Source: Escherichia phage phiWec187. Taken from it: DNA of 64,000 nt. Position numbers and translations under genes: made by a program. The stretch is taken from the sequence record LC739536.1; one strand, given 5' to 3'. Under the pieces are notes generated by a model, which ran no database searches, was not told the origin of the DNA, and saw nothing but the letters and a program-made list of their open reading frames with translations. Below are positions 30,524-40,371 of the stretch, one piece after another. Each line of letters starts with the position of its first letter. Within the stretch, counting starts at the first letter, position 1.

Positions 30524-30756
30524 TACACATTCTCCTCTTTTACCAAGTCCATCGTTGAACTATCAAAACCATCTTTAGAAGAATAGGTATAGACAGAACG
30601 TAGTTCTCGCAGGACAGTGAATACATTAGGATCATCTAACCAAGCATCCTGGAGGAGAACATAACGATCTTCATTGTCATACTGAACAGCAATCATAGAA
30701 CCAGACAGTTTGTAAATTTTAATATTCATAATATATTTCTCCTTAAAGTAGACCAC
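30523..30756 (-). CDS. hypothetical small protein
   Basis: 77-aa ORF. Confidence 0.3.
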   Translation of the reverse strand: MVYFKEKYIMNIKIYKLSGSMIAVQYDNEDRYVLLQDAWLDDPNVFTVLRELRSVYTYSSKDGFDSSTMDLVKEENV

Positions 30757-31846
30757 GTTTAACAGTTTGAATCATACCATCTTCAAGAGATTGCACTTCT
30801 TGAATGTAATCAATACGCGCAGCACGGGCTTCAGTGTTGATTCGGTTAGTTTCTTCCAACATTTTAACTAAGTTTTCTTGATCGCGACGTAATGTTTCAA
30901 TATCCAATACTTGACGATTAGCAAGTTGTGTAGCTTCAATTTGGTTTTGTGCAGCCAGATCACTACCCATTGCAATAGCAGCATTAAATTCATTCAGCAC
31001 ATTGTTCTGTGTATCGGCTGCTTTCTTCTGGCGTAGACTTTCAATATACATAGAAAAGTTTGCAGAGTAAGCAGGGATAACATTATTCACAATATTACGG
31101 GCTGATCGCATCAAACTTGCAGATACTTTCTGCATACTTTGTACACGTGGCCCCATCTGAACACACAGTAAACGCAAGGCTTTCAGGTCTGCAATACGAA
31201 TTTCAAGCAGATCCATAGTATCACGAGTACGTTGACGCTCTTCTACTTCATTTTCAGGTAGTGTATTAAGGCGAACTTCTTCTTTTTCATAAGTAGCTGT
31301 TAGAAGCTCTATATCCCTGTTTAAGCTAAGAGCATATTTTGCAATAGCCTCTTCTAAACGTTGCAGATATCGTAAAGAATCTTCTTCTTTTTTCAAGTCT
31401 GTTTGTAGTGTCTTTACCAAACCTTCAATACGATTATTGATGGTGTCAAATTCACCAAACAAATCTTCTTTCATACCTAATACTTTCTTAACCAGTTTAC
31501 CTAAGCCTTTAGATTGTTTAATAGAGTTAGGATCAAGTTGCTTTGCTTGCTTAATAAGTGCAGTTAAACGTTCACTCATTTCATCCCCCTGAGATGAACG
31601 CTGGTGTTTAAGCACTTCAGCATTAAGGTTACGAAGAGTAAGTCCTGCATCAGCACCAACTTGTTCAATCTCTTCACGAGACATTGGAGGCAGCATTTGT
31701 ACAGGTCGTGCAACAGCAGGGGCATATACAGGGCTTGCATCCATAGCACTTGGAGCAAACAAAGACTTACTTTTTTCTGTTGTTGCCGTGAATACACTCA
31801 TTTCAGACGGTTTGCTTTTTACGGCACTGATAAAAGGACTGGACAT
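30743..31846 (-). CDS. coiled-coil protein, possibly TelA-like
   Basis: 367 aa, mostly helical/coiled-coil; size and neighbourhood (TerD, vWA, TerC) fit TelA but no motif was verified. Confidence 0.3.
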   Translation of the reverse strand: MSSPFISAVKSKPSEMSVFTATTEKSKSLFAPSAMDASPVYAPAVARPVQMLPPMSREEIEQVGADAGLTLRNLNAEVLKHQRSSQGDEMSERLTALIKQAKQLDPNSIKQSKGLGKLVKKVLGMKEDLFGEFDTINNRIEGLVKTLQTDLKKEEDSLRYLQRLEEAIAKYALSLNRDIELLTATYEKEEVRLNTLPENEVEERQRTRDTMDLLEIRIADLKALRLLCVQMGPRVQSMQKVSASLMRSARNIVNNVIPAYSANFSMYIESLRQKKAADTQNNVLNEFNAAIAMGSDLAAQNQIEATQLANRQVLDIETLRRDQENLVKMLEETNRINTEARAARIDYIQEVQSLEDGMIQTVKRGLL

Positions 31847-31914
31847 TCAATTTCCTCCGTATTCTTTAGTAGATGGTGATACCTCTGTACCACCATCATA
31901 ACACAAATTAAGTA

Positions 31915-32766
31915 TTAAACAAACATATCTAAATAATTTGTAGTAATAAATGCTCCATCTGCTTCCAGATTAACATAACCAGTAGCATTAGTGGTTAAGA
32001 AATCCAGATCGAAGGACTCTTTAACACCCCGTACCTCAACACGAGAGATATCGAATACAGGTAGTGTAACAGCCTCTTCGTGCAATACCGTACCTTTGTA
32101 GGTTGCCTTAATGATAAACTTGATATTACCCGTTCCAGCATCATACAAAACACTTTCAAACCCTTTGAGAGTATACTTATCACCAGAAGTGAAGTGCAAA
32201 GTTGCTTTGTTTACAGTACGTTTTTTACGAGGAGTTCCTTTCACACGTTTATGATCACTACGTTTTTTGTATTTAGGAATGAATACAAACGATACATTGT
32301 GAAGAAAGGTATCAACATCAAGGATTTTAATATCCTCTGTTGCAGCAAATTTTGAAGTTGTTGCATCAAAATGCTTTTCCCGGCGATCATACATAAAGAT
32401 ATCAAACCGATCTTCTAAATCAAACAAATTATGTATTTTAATTTCAGAATGCTTGCGCATTGCAGCAACCTTGAACTCTTCAAAACGTGGGTGTTCTACA
32501 AGTTCTTCAAGTTTTACACCAAAGACAGTATATTGCTTCGGAGTTTTTTCTGGTGTTGGCATTACAGAAGCATAATCACCGATTGCGCTCTTAAAGCAAA
32601 ATTGTTCTTGACCTGTATTTTTACCAACGAATTTACAGTATTCGTCATCGTGCATACTTTCCTGGGTAGTACCAACAAACTCAAAACCATCTTTATTCTT
32701 CTCAAGAATTTCTTGATTAAAGATCCAACCTTCCAGGCGATATACTTTACCAACTTCTAGTTTCAT
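31915..32766 (-). CDS. hypothetical protein
   Basis: 283-aa ORF. Confidence 0.4.
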   Translation of the reverse strand: MKLEVGKVYRLEGWIFNQEILEKNKDGFEFVGTTQESMHDDEYCKFVGKNTGQEQFCFKSAIGDYASVMPTPEKTPKQYTVFGVKLEELVEHPRFEEFKVAAMRKHSEIKIHNLFDLEDRFDIFMYDRREKHFDATTSKFAATEDIKILDVDTFLHNVSFVFIPKYKKRSDHKRVKGTPRKKRTVNKATLHFTSGDKYTLKGFESVLYDAGTGNIKFIIKATYKGTVLHEEAVTLPVFDISRVEVRGVKESFDLDFLTTNATGYVNLEADGAFITTNYLDMFV

Positions 32767-32801
32767 CTGTTTCTCCTTCTTATTTAATCTGTATTAAATT
32801 A

Positions 32802-33392
32802 TTAACGACGACGTGAGCTACTAAAACTACGTTTCGACGAAGAATAACTTTTCGAAGACTTACTATAAGAGCTAACAGGACTTGAGTAAGACTTACCAGC
32901 AGAGTAATCACTATTCACTTTTGTTGTTGATGGGCGTGAATACGTTTGTACACTTTGCTGCTTAATTGTGTTTTGTTTAGTGGTTGTATATGTATTTCCT
33001 TGTTTATCATAAAAACTATGCTTTTGTGTTGTATATGCTTTACTATTAGTTGTAGGAGCAGCGTTGTTATTGATAATTGTTGTATTGCTACCGCCATCTC
33101 TATAACCACCACCGCCACTATTACCACTCAACATATGACCAAGAAGCATACCTGTAGCGAACTCACCTACGCCAGAAGAACCACTGCCGCCTCCTTGAAC
33201 AACAACTGTTGAAGGTTGTGCAGGTGCTGCTTGAACAACTTGAGGTGCAGGCTGATTTACATATTGTTCATCTACCATCTGATTTGGTGTTTGTTGGTAA
33301 CGTTGGTTTTGTACATTTTCAGAATCATCACAACCTACCAGCAATGCACTACCTAATACAACTGCAACAATAAAAGATTTAATGTTTTTCAT
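32802..33392 (-). CDS. lipoprotein, low-complexity Ser/Gly/Thr-rich
   Basis: Start at MKNIKSF after GAGAGGG; signal peptide with lipobox LVGC; C-terminal Ser/Tyr/Lys-rich tail. Confidence 0.5.
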   Translation of the reverse strand: MKNIKSFIVAVVLGSALLVGCDDSENVQNQRYQQTPNQMVDEQYVNQPAPQVVQAAPAQPSTVVVQGGGSGSSGVGEFATGMLLGHMLSGNSGGGGYRDGGSNTTIINNNAAPTTNSKAYTTQKHSFYDKQGNTYTTTKQNTIKQQSVQTYSRPSTTKVNSDYSAGKSYSSPVSSYSKSSKSYSSSKRSFSSSRRR

Positions 33393-33585
33393 TTGTAACC
33401 CTCTCATTTAAAGTCTCAACACAATTTTTAAAATCTCTAGAGAAACAATACATCTGTTCTCCGTTCCTGTTGATAGTAATTGTATGGTTATCAATATATG
33501 TTGTCAAGATAAAAATCAAACAAAACAACCCTAGAGCAAAACAAATATTTTCAAACAGAATCCAAAGAACACGTAAAACCACCAT
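33379..33585 (-). CDS. small membrane protein
   Basis: 68 aa with hydrophobic stretch FALGLFCLIFILTTYI. Confidence 0.3.
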   Translation of the reverse strand: MVVLRVLWILFENICFALGLFCLIFILTTYIDNHTITINRNGEQMYCFSRDFKNCVETLNERVTNEKH

Positions 33586-33624
33586 CAGATCACCTCAATA
33601 AAGCCCCCGAAGGGGCTTAATGAA

Positions 33625-34602
33625 TTAAGCAACAGCCTGGTCTTCTTTTTCAGGGAAGATTAAACTTGCAATAACACCCAGCCCAAGAGTACCTAACACA
33701 ATATACATACTGATCGTCGGATCAATGTGTGCTGGTAGGAAACTCACTTTTGCGTGCAGAGTTTCTGCAAACGGATGATACATCAGTTTTACACCCACAA
33801 ATACCAGGACTACGATAACTGCTTTCTCCAGATGAACCAAATACTTCAGTGCAACACTAAGAACAAAGAACAGAGCACGTAAACCTAAGATAGCACAGAG
33901 CATCGAAGAGAACACCAGCAGAGGTTCTTGTGTCACTGCAATCACTGCTGGAACAGAGTCTACTGCAAAGATTACGTCAACCATTTCCATTACAAACACA
34001 CAAACCAGAGCCGGAGTTGCTACACGAACACCATTTTTGATTGTGAAGAACTTCTCACCATCCATCTGATCAGATACAGGGAACAGCTTACGAACAATGC
34101 GAGTAGCCCAGTGTTTAGAGTAATCAACTTCTGCATCATTATCTCCAGCGAATACCATTTTAGCCGCACAGAAAAGGATGACCGCACCGAAGAAGATATT
34201 AACATACCAGCCCAAACTCAACAAGTAAGTGCCTACTGCTACAAACACACCTCGGAAGACAATCGCACCTGCAATACCCCAAAGTAGAATCTTGTGCTGC
34301 AAGTGTGTGCTTTTAATACCAAAACTTGCGAATACTGCCACAAATACTACTAAGTTATCTACAGAAAGAGATTTCTCCAACACATACCCACTTAAGAACA
34401 AGCTCGCAAAATCAGCACCGTGTTGGAAGTATACAAAACCATAGTAGGCTAATGATACCCCAATCCAGAAAATTGACCAGCCAATTGCAGATTTAAATGA
34501 AATTTCTTTGTTTTCTCTGTGTCCAAAGAAATCAATACAAATCGACAAGACTAAAATACCCACTAAAACAACCACATCAATAATTGGGAAACCCAGTTGC
34601 AT
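33625..34602 (-). CDS. terC: TerC-family integral membrane protein
   Basis: Multiple TM helices plus the two TerC signature blocks LEKSLSVDNLVVFVAVF and VIFAVDSVPAVIAVTQEPLLVFSSMLCAILGLRAL. Confidence 0.8.
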   Translation of the reverse strand: MQLGFPIIDVVVLVGILVLSICIDFFGHRENKEISFKSAIGWSIFWIGVSLAYYGFVYFQHGADFASLFLSGYVLEKSLSVDNLVVFVAVFASFGIKSTHLQHKILLWGIAGAIVFRGVFVAVGTYLLSLGWYVNIFFGAVILFCAAKMVFAGDNDAEVDYSKHWATRIVRKLFPVSDQMDGEKFFTIKNGVRVATPALVCVFVMEMVDVIFAVDSVPAVIAVTQEPLLVFSSMLCAILGLRALFFVLSVALKYLVHLEKAVIVVLVFVGVKLMYHPFAETLHAKVSFLPAHIDPTISMYIVLGTLGLGVIASLIFPEKEDQAVA

Positions 34603-34679
34603 TCTTTTCTCCTCTTTAATGCGGAGGACAATCCTCCGCTCTATGTCTTATACTATAAACTGTTTTTAAAGAAAGTCAA

Positions 34680-34928
34680 CTAGTTCAGTTCTGTAATTTT
34701 AAGTTTATCTTCTTTGTTAATGATAGGGAAAGCTACAGCATCACCTACATCATCAATAAAGCAAATAGCAAGACCACCTTCCACTTTGCTAACCTGACCA
34801 TTAAAGGCATGATACGGGGCAGGAACTTCATCTCCATCTTCAATGAGAATAGCCTCGTAAACCTTGCCGATAGTACAATCACGGGTGTTTATAAATTTTT
34901 CAAGCACTTCAACATTTACTTTACGCAT
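34680..34928 (-). CDS. hypothetical protein
   Basis: 82-aa ORF. Confidence 0.35.
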   Translation of the reverse strand: MRKVNVEVLEKFINTRDCTIGKVYEAILIEDGDEVPAPYHAFNGQVSKVEGGLAICFIDDVGDAVAFPIINKEDKLKITELN

Positions 34929-34942
34929 ATAAAGATCCTCTC

Positions 34943-35149
34943 TTATTTGTTAGATTGAAAGATACCACGGAGTACCGCAAGAATGAACGTCACACAGACT
35001 ACACTCCAAAACGTTACAGGAACATGATGCCAGTCTAAGCCGATAATGTCAATCATATAATTGTATGCTAAAAGCAGTAGCCAACTAGGGATTAACACAA
35101 TCAAGAACACAACAATAAAACAACCTAATACTGCTAAAACACCTGCCAT
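34943..35149 (-). CDS. small membrane protein
   Basis: 68 aa, two predicted TM helices. Confidence 0.35.
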   Translation of the reverse strand: MAGVLAVLGCFIVVFLIVLIPSWLLLLAYNYMIDIIGLDWHHVPVTFWSVVCVTFILAVLRGIFQSNK

Positions 35150-35158
35150 ACTTTCTCC

Positions 35159-35875
35159 TTATTTCAGTTTGTAAACAATTACATTTAAACCTTTGTTTAC
35201 TAGAGTTTCTTCGATCATAAGTTTTACAATATTCCAAGAACCTCCAGCCAAACCACAACCAAGCATTGGTAAACCTACAATTTTACCGCCTGAAGATACA
35301 ACATCGTCTCCCATACTATCTAGCGCATTGTAGATAGCTTCATAATTCAGGTCACGCTTACCTTCCTCACGACGACTATAACCATATTGTCCATATAAAT
35401 TATAAATTGTCAAATTGTTTTCTGTATATTTGGTAAACGTACCTAATTTTTTATAATCACCACGTTTAGTGGCACAATCTGCTTTAAACGCACCAGGCCA
35501 CTTGCTTTTAATTTTTGGTGCAATACCACTACCCATAGTGCAAAAACAGTTACAGCAGTGTGCTATAGCGTCTATATCGCCTCTCTCGGCTGCTGCTAAA
35601 AGATCACCGTATACCTCAATGATACCTGCTGGATAACTTGTTACAATTTCATCTTCCCAGTACATTTTCTCTACACCACCGATCAGTGCAAAGTTTTGTG
35701 TAATGCGATCATCAATATAGTTAAGCCCTGAAACATACACAGCGTATTCATCCTGTGCTGTAATACCTTGCACACGAATTCTTAAGACACCATCTTTATC
35801 TGTTGCTACACGCCCAAAATCTTTTTCTGTAATATTGGTGATAGGATCTCCGAAAGTCATTACTTTATTAGACAT
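35159..35875 (-). CDS. macro-domain protein (ADP-ribose binding/processing)
   Basis: AIAHCCNCFCTMGSGIA and GLPMLGCGLAGG resemble the paired Gly-rich loops of macro domains; start at ATG 35875 after AAAGGGGA. Confidence 0.55.
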   Translation of the reverse strand: MSNKVMTFGDPITNITEKDFGRVATDKDGVLRIRVQGITAQDEYAVYVSGLNYIDDRITQNFALIGGVEKMYWEDEIVTSYPAGIIEVYGDLLAAAERGDIDAIAHCCNCFCTMGSGIAPKIKSKWPGAFKADCATKRGDYKKLGTFTKYTENNLTIYNLYGQYGYSRREEGKRDLNYEAIYNALDSMGDDVVSSGGKIVGLPMLGCGLAGGSWNIVKLMIEETLVNKGLNVIVYKLK

Positions 35876-36725
35876 AATAATCCCCTTTAACATTAGATTT
35901 GTTGATAATGTTGCTTTCAAAAAATTGACGTAGGAAATCAAAGTTCTCTTTGTATTTTTCAATGTTATTGTAACCTTCTGCAAGGCAACCAAAGAACAGT
36001 TGTTCTACATAATACAAAGGAAGTTGTGAAAGTGCAATTTTAAAATCAACTTCGCTTTGACTCATTAGATACTTAATAGGACGAACCAAACATTTAGCAT
36101 CAGTTTCTTGCTTAATCATTTTAATAAAAGCTGCCAGATTATTGATATAGTTGAAGTTAAGTGCAGCTTCGGTATTGGCTTCTGTACCTTCATACTTTGC
36201 AAAGTACAGGAAAAACGTATCGTTTTCAACACCTTCTTTGTCTAAAATTTCAATAAGTTTTTCTTCGTGTGTTCCTGTAATATTAACATCATCAATGAAA
36301 ATCAGAGTTTTATTACCCCAGAAATCACGATTGATAGAGAAAGTGTCACCATCGATCAAAGCCTTACGATCTTCTTTGCTAAGAAATCCATAATCATTGA
36401 TATAACTCACTTTACGATGAACGATATCCCACTCCACTGCTTTACCTCCTTTGATAGAGATTAGGTAGTTGAGGTGATCTACAAAATGCTCAGATAACAC
36501 TGTAGCTGCATTTTTCACATAATTATATGGAGATGGAATAACAACAAAACTTTCATTTACTAGTCGTTCTTCATATTTAGAAAAGAAACTTTCAGCTAGA
36601 ATGCGTCCCATTCTTTTTGCTGCCTGGTTACTGCCAAACTTTAGTTTGGAATAATCTGCAATGTTAAATTTTGCTTCCTTCAGGTTAGTAAAAGTATTAG
36701 CAAAATGTTGAATTTGATTACGCAT
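35868..36725 (-). CDS. phosphoribosyltransferase-like protein (type I PRTase fold)
   Basis: TLIFIDDVNITGTHEE matches the PRPP-binding motif (hydrophobic run, DD, xxTGxT). Confidence 0.5.
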   Translation of the reverse strand: MRNQIQHFANTFTNLKEAKFNIADYSKLKFGSNQAAKRMGRILAESFFSKYEERLVNESFVVIPSPYNYVKNAATVLSEHFVDHLNYLISIKGGKAVEWDIVHRKVSYINDYGFLSKEDRKALIDGDTFSINRDFWGNKTLIFIDDVNITGTHEEKLIEILDKEGVENDTFFLYFAKYEGTEANTEAALNFNYINNLAAFIKMIKQETDAKCLVRPIKYLMSQSEVDFKIALSQLPLYYVEQLFFGCLAEGYNNIEKYKENFDFLRQFFESNIINKSNVKGDYYV

Positions 36726-37392
36726 TAATAAGTTCCTCTTTTTTAAGTTTAGCCAACAAGTCTTCTGGATTAATAATATGACAGAACTTCATCCCTATGT
36801 CAACAGCTTTTCCATCATAAATCAAACTATCTCCAACGTGTAAAATCTCCTCTGGTGCGAGATCAAACGTTACCATTTCATCAAAAGAGAGTTTAAAAAA
36901 CCTAGGATCTGGTTTACACAAGCAAAACTCATCAGAAAAATGCATAAAGTCAAATGGTAATTTTGTTAAGCCAGAATATACAGCTAAGAAACTACCTGGT
37001 ACAAAATTAGTATTGCTCTTAATACTCAAAGAATAGGTTGAACTTAGCTCTTCCAACTTCTTGCAAAGTTCAGGGTTCAATATTGGAGGATGTTTTATAA
37101 ACATTGCTAAACAGTCTCTTTTTAACCCATCCACTTTATCAAGATCAATGTTCAAACGAGTAGAAAGTGTTTCCCAAGCATTCCTAGACGTTCCACAAAT
37201 GCCTTTTTCTGCTTTTAAATCCAGGAGAGTTTTTACCTCTTTATATACGGTAGCTGCTTCTGCCTCAGAACAAGAGGCATACTCGGCAATAACCTTGTTG
37301 CGTTCTTCTGCATACAAAGGATTAGCAGTAATAAGAGTATTCCATACATCAAAAGAAATATGCTTAACAGTCATTTTTAATCCTCCGTCCAA
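36718..37392 (-). CDS. HAD-like hydrolase
   Basis: N-terminal ISFDVWNTL (variant HAD motif I) and C-terminal ILHVGDSLIYDGKAV (GDxxxD motif). Confidence 0.4.
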   Translation of the reverse strand: MDGGLKMTVKHISFDVWNTLITANPLYAEERNKVIAEYASCSEAEAATVYKEVKTLLDLKAEKGICGTSRNAWETLSTRLNIDLDKVDGLKRDCLAMFIKHPPILNPELCKKLEELSSTYSLSIKSNTNFVPGSFLAVYSGLTKLPFDFMHFSDEFCLCKPDPRFFKLSFDEMVTFDLAPEEILHVGDSLIYDGKAVDIGMKFCHIINPEDLLAKLKKEELINA

Positions 37393-37543
37393 AAGAATAT
37401 CATCTGCTTAATTTTATTGATCTCTTGATGTAGTAACTTTCCAGCATGTGATTGATCTTTAATATTGACAGCAAGAATTTCAAGCTCCGTTAGTTTTTCC
37501 TGTATAGCTTTATATTCATCATCTGTAAGCATTTTCTTCCCCT

Positions 37544-37747
37544 TTAGAATGGTAATCTTTGTATGTCACTTATCCCCACACCAAGAAGTCTAGCAATATC
37601 CTTATCTAAAAGCAACTCTTTTTGTTCTAAAATGTTAATCAGATCCCCTAATACTTCTTTAATGTCACGATCATTTTTAACAACGTGACCACCTGCTGTA
37701 TCAACTTTATCTTTAAAAACAAAGTAATGATCCATAATACCCTCCAT
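37544..37747 (-). CDS. hypothetical small protein
   Basis: 67-aa ORF. Confidence 0.3.
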   Translation of the reverse strand: MEGIMDHYFVFKDKVDTAGGHVVKNDRDIKEVLGDLINILEQKELLLDKDIARLLGVGISDIQRLPF

Positions 37748-37777
37748 ATAAATAAAGGAGGCTTTCGCCTCCTTTTA
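37746..37777 (-). terminator. rho-independent terminator after the ATPase gene
   Basis: aaaggaggc-tttc-gcctccttt hairpin with U-run on the minus strand. Confidence 0.55.
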
Positions 37778-37781
37778 TCAC

Positions 37782-38942
37782 TTAGTAAGAACGACCACCA
37801 AACACATACTCTGTGTAGTTTTTACGTTCTTTGTTTTTAATAACAACTTCAATGTTGTTGCCTTTATCATCGGTGAACACAAAGTGATAACCGTCACCAC
37901 CCATTGTACGGATGTGTTTTTCATCATACGTCAGCAAGATACGGTCTACACCCCAGTAGTAGTCACCTTCTTCGTCTTTATCTTCTACGGTAACGACTCC
38001 TTCCATTTCAGGAAGATGCTCTTCTCCTGACTTATGATCTACAGCTACAACATAACGATTACCGCTAAACAAACCTTGTGCTGTCATACCGTCAATATCT
38101 GTATCTGACGAAACATCTCCTGTACGATCTACACCGTTAACTTTCAGAAGTTTAACTTCTTTTGCAGCATAGCGGTGTTCAGTAATACTGATACCCATTA
38201 ATGCAAGTGCATCAGAGAATTTGTCATTAGGGTAACGGTTAAGTTCTTCTACTAATGACTGAACAATATCAAAGTTCAAGTCCACGGAAAGATTATAAAG
38301 CGTTTCAAAATCTGGTAAAAAGGCTTTGTTCTCCAGATTTTTAGCCAGATAGTCATCCATAGTAGCTTTAGGTAGTTTCTTATAGCTAAAGCTGTAGAAA
38401 ATACGGCTAGGACGATTACGCAAAAATTCTGATACATAACCATCGTTTTTAGTCAATACAAACAGCTTGTCGTAGCCACCTACACCATCCAGCAGGGTAA
38501 GCAAGCCATCCTGTGCATCTTTTTCAGCATACAGTTTATCAAATTCATCGATCATAATCATCACAGGTTGTGTGATTTTAGACATAAAATTGATAAAGCC
38601 TTCGCCATTAAAAGCACTACCGATAGAAATAGTAGGAATACCCATTTCACGAAGAGCAGAAGACAGCATTTTAGCTTGCAAAGTTTTACCGCTACCCTTC
38701 GTACCCTCAAGGAGAACACCTGTGTTTTTACCTTTGCGGCTAAGGAACGTCTTGATAATACGTTCTGATTTATCATCAGTATCACCGTATGTTACTGAAG
38801 GGACTTCCATATCGTTTTTAGGATACAGGAAGAACTCACCACTTTGAGTAACACCTACACCAAAAGTTCCTGCTGGAATTTCTTCAATATCTGTACCAGA
38901 CTTCTGACGCAGGAAGATTTGATTGCCGAATACTGTAAACAT
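37782..38942 (-). CDS. P-loop ATPase, paralog 1
   Basis: Walker A GTKGSGKT, Walker B IMIDEFDK; clearly homologous along its length to the 54446-55573 ORF. Confidence 0.6.
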   Translation of the reverse strand: MFTVFGNQIFLRQKSGTDIEEIPAGTFGVGVTQSGEFFLYPKNDMEVPSVTYGDTDDKSERIIKTFLSRKGKNTGVLLEGTKGSGKTLQAKMLSSALREMGIPTISIGSAFNGEGFINFMSKITQPVMIMIDEFDKLYAEKDAQDGLLTLLDGVGGYDKLFVLTKNDGYVSEFLRNRPSRIFYSFSYKKLPKATMDDYLAKNLENKAFLPDFETLYNLSVDLNFDIVQSLVEELNRYPNDKFSDALALMGISITEHRYAAKEVKLLKVNGVDRTGDVSSDTDIDGMTAQGLFSGNRYVVAVDHKSGEEHLPEMEGVVTVEDKDEEGDYYWGVDRILLTYDEKHIRTMGGDGYHFVFTDDKGNNIEVVIKNKERKNYTEYVFGGRSY

Positions 38943-38962
38943 AGTTTTCTCCTCTATTTAAT

Positions 38963-39433
38963 TTAGTCAGATTCCCAAATGTTGTCTTTCTTAATCCACA
39001 TTCGTTGATTATCTGAACCTCTATAACGTTTCGTTGTTGGTTGATTCATATCATACTTACCATCTATCACTATGTCAACCAGTTTTTTAATTTTTTCTGG
39101 AATTTCCTCAAAAAGATATCCTGTATATAAGACAATATCTTTTTTGTTTCCAAAACAATCTCTTACCTTCTCAAGAACATACTCTACAGTGTCAATGTTC
39201 TCTTTGTCAAGAGGTTCACCACCTAAAACTGTTAATCCTTTAATGAAAGGTCGAGATAAATCTTTCAAGATAAGATCTAATGTTTCAGTAGTGAACTCTT
39301 GTCCGTGGTTATACGACCAGGCTTTCTGGTTAAAGCAGCCACGGCAACCGTGGCTACAACCGCTCACCCACAAAGAGCATCTTACACCGTCACCGTTGAG
39401 CATGTCAACAGGTTCATATCCGGCGTAATTCAA
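38963..39433 (-). CDS. nrdG: anaerobic ribonucleotide reductase activating protein (radical SAM)
   Basis: CSLWVSGCSHGCRGC Cys cluster near the N-terminus; 156 aa; immediately downstream of nrdD. Confidence 0.8.
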   Translation of the reverse strand: MNYAGYEPVDMLNGDGVRCSLWVSGCSHGCRGCFNQKAWSYNHGQEFTTETLDLILKDLSRPFIKGLTVLGGEPLDKENIDTVEYVLEKVRDCFGNKKDIVLYTGYLFEEIPEKIKKLVDIVIDGKYDMNQPTTKRYRGSDNQRMWIKKDNIWESD

Positions 39434-40371
39434 AAATGTTTCTCCCTTTCTAGTACCTCTTGCATTTTACCTTTATTATAGGGGCGAGAGTTAGGGGCAG
39501 AAAGGTATCCTGACACTCTTCTGATCACAGATATGGATTCTTCTTCATGATTGCCACAACTTGGACACTCGAAGCCTTTAGCCGTTGCTTTAAATTCACC
39601 ATGAAAACCACATTTGAAACACTGATCTACAGGTTGGTTCACACCAAAATAAGGAATTTTGTTGTAGGCATAATCTACAAGAGTTTCCAGTGCTTGCAAG
39701 TTATTTTTAAGGTTTGGTGTTTCTACATAACCTATGTTCCCACCATTACTGATTTGTGCAAAACCTTCCTCATAATCCCACTTTTGGAACGGGGTAGTGT
39801 GCATCCATACAGGTTGATGGAAAGAGTTTGTCAAGTAGTCACGATCAATAGAACCAGGATAGCGATCATTTAATGCTTTGGCAAATTTATAGCACAAGGA
39901 TTCTGCTGGTGTTCCATACAAACTAAAAGCTAAACCAGAACGTTCTTTAAATGTGCCACAGATATCCTTCATATATTGAAGGATGTTTTTACCCATTGCT
40001 TTTGTATTGGTGTTACCTGGGTATAAAATCTCCATAGCTTCTGCTAAACCTACATAACCGATACTAATAGAGGCATAACCACCTTCGAATAGTTTACCAA
40101 TCTCTTCATTAGCTTCTAGTCGAGCTAAAGCCCCTTCCATAAACAATGTAGGGTTTTGAGATGCTTTGGTATGTCTAATACGGTTAACACGTAGCATATG
40201 TGCCTTATACGCCATCTCCATATGTTGTTCCAACAGTTCAGTAAATAAGATGCCCTTTTCACGGGACTCTGCTGCAATGATAGGTAAGTTTAAAGAAACC
40301 ACGCCTAAGTTGAAACGACCATCATATTTTTCACCTTGCTCTGTTGCGTAGTATGACAAGAAACTTCTACA
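39430..40371 (-). CDS. nrdD: anaerobic ribonucleoside-triphosphate reductase, exon 2
   Basis: Begins CRSFL; contains C-terminal zinc ribbon (CFKCGFHGEF...CPSCGN) and glycyl-radical motif RRVSGYL. Confidence 0.8.
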   Translation of the reverse strand, partial: CRSFLSYYATEQGEKYDGRFNLGVVSLNLPIIAAESREKGILFTELLEQHMEMAYKAHMLRVNRIRHTKASQNPTLFMEGALARLEANEEIGKLFEGGYASISIGYVGLAEAMEILYPGNTNTKAMGKNILQYMKDICGTFKERSGLAFSLYGTPAESLCYKFAKALNDRYPGSIDRDYLTNSFHQPVWMHTTPFQKWDYEEGFAQISNGGNIGYVETPNLKNNLQALETLVDYAYNKIPYFGVNQPVDQCFKCGFHGEFKATAKGFECPSCGNHEEESISVIRRVSGYLSAPNSRPYNKGKMQEVLEREKHF

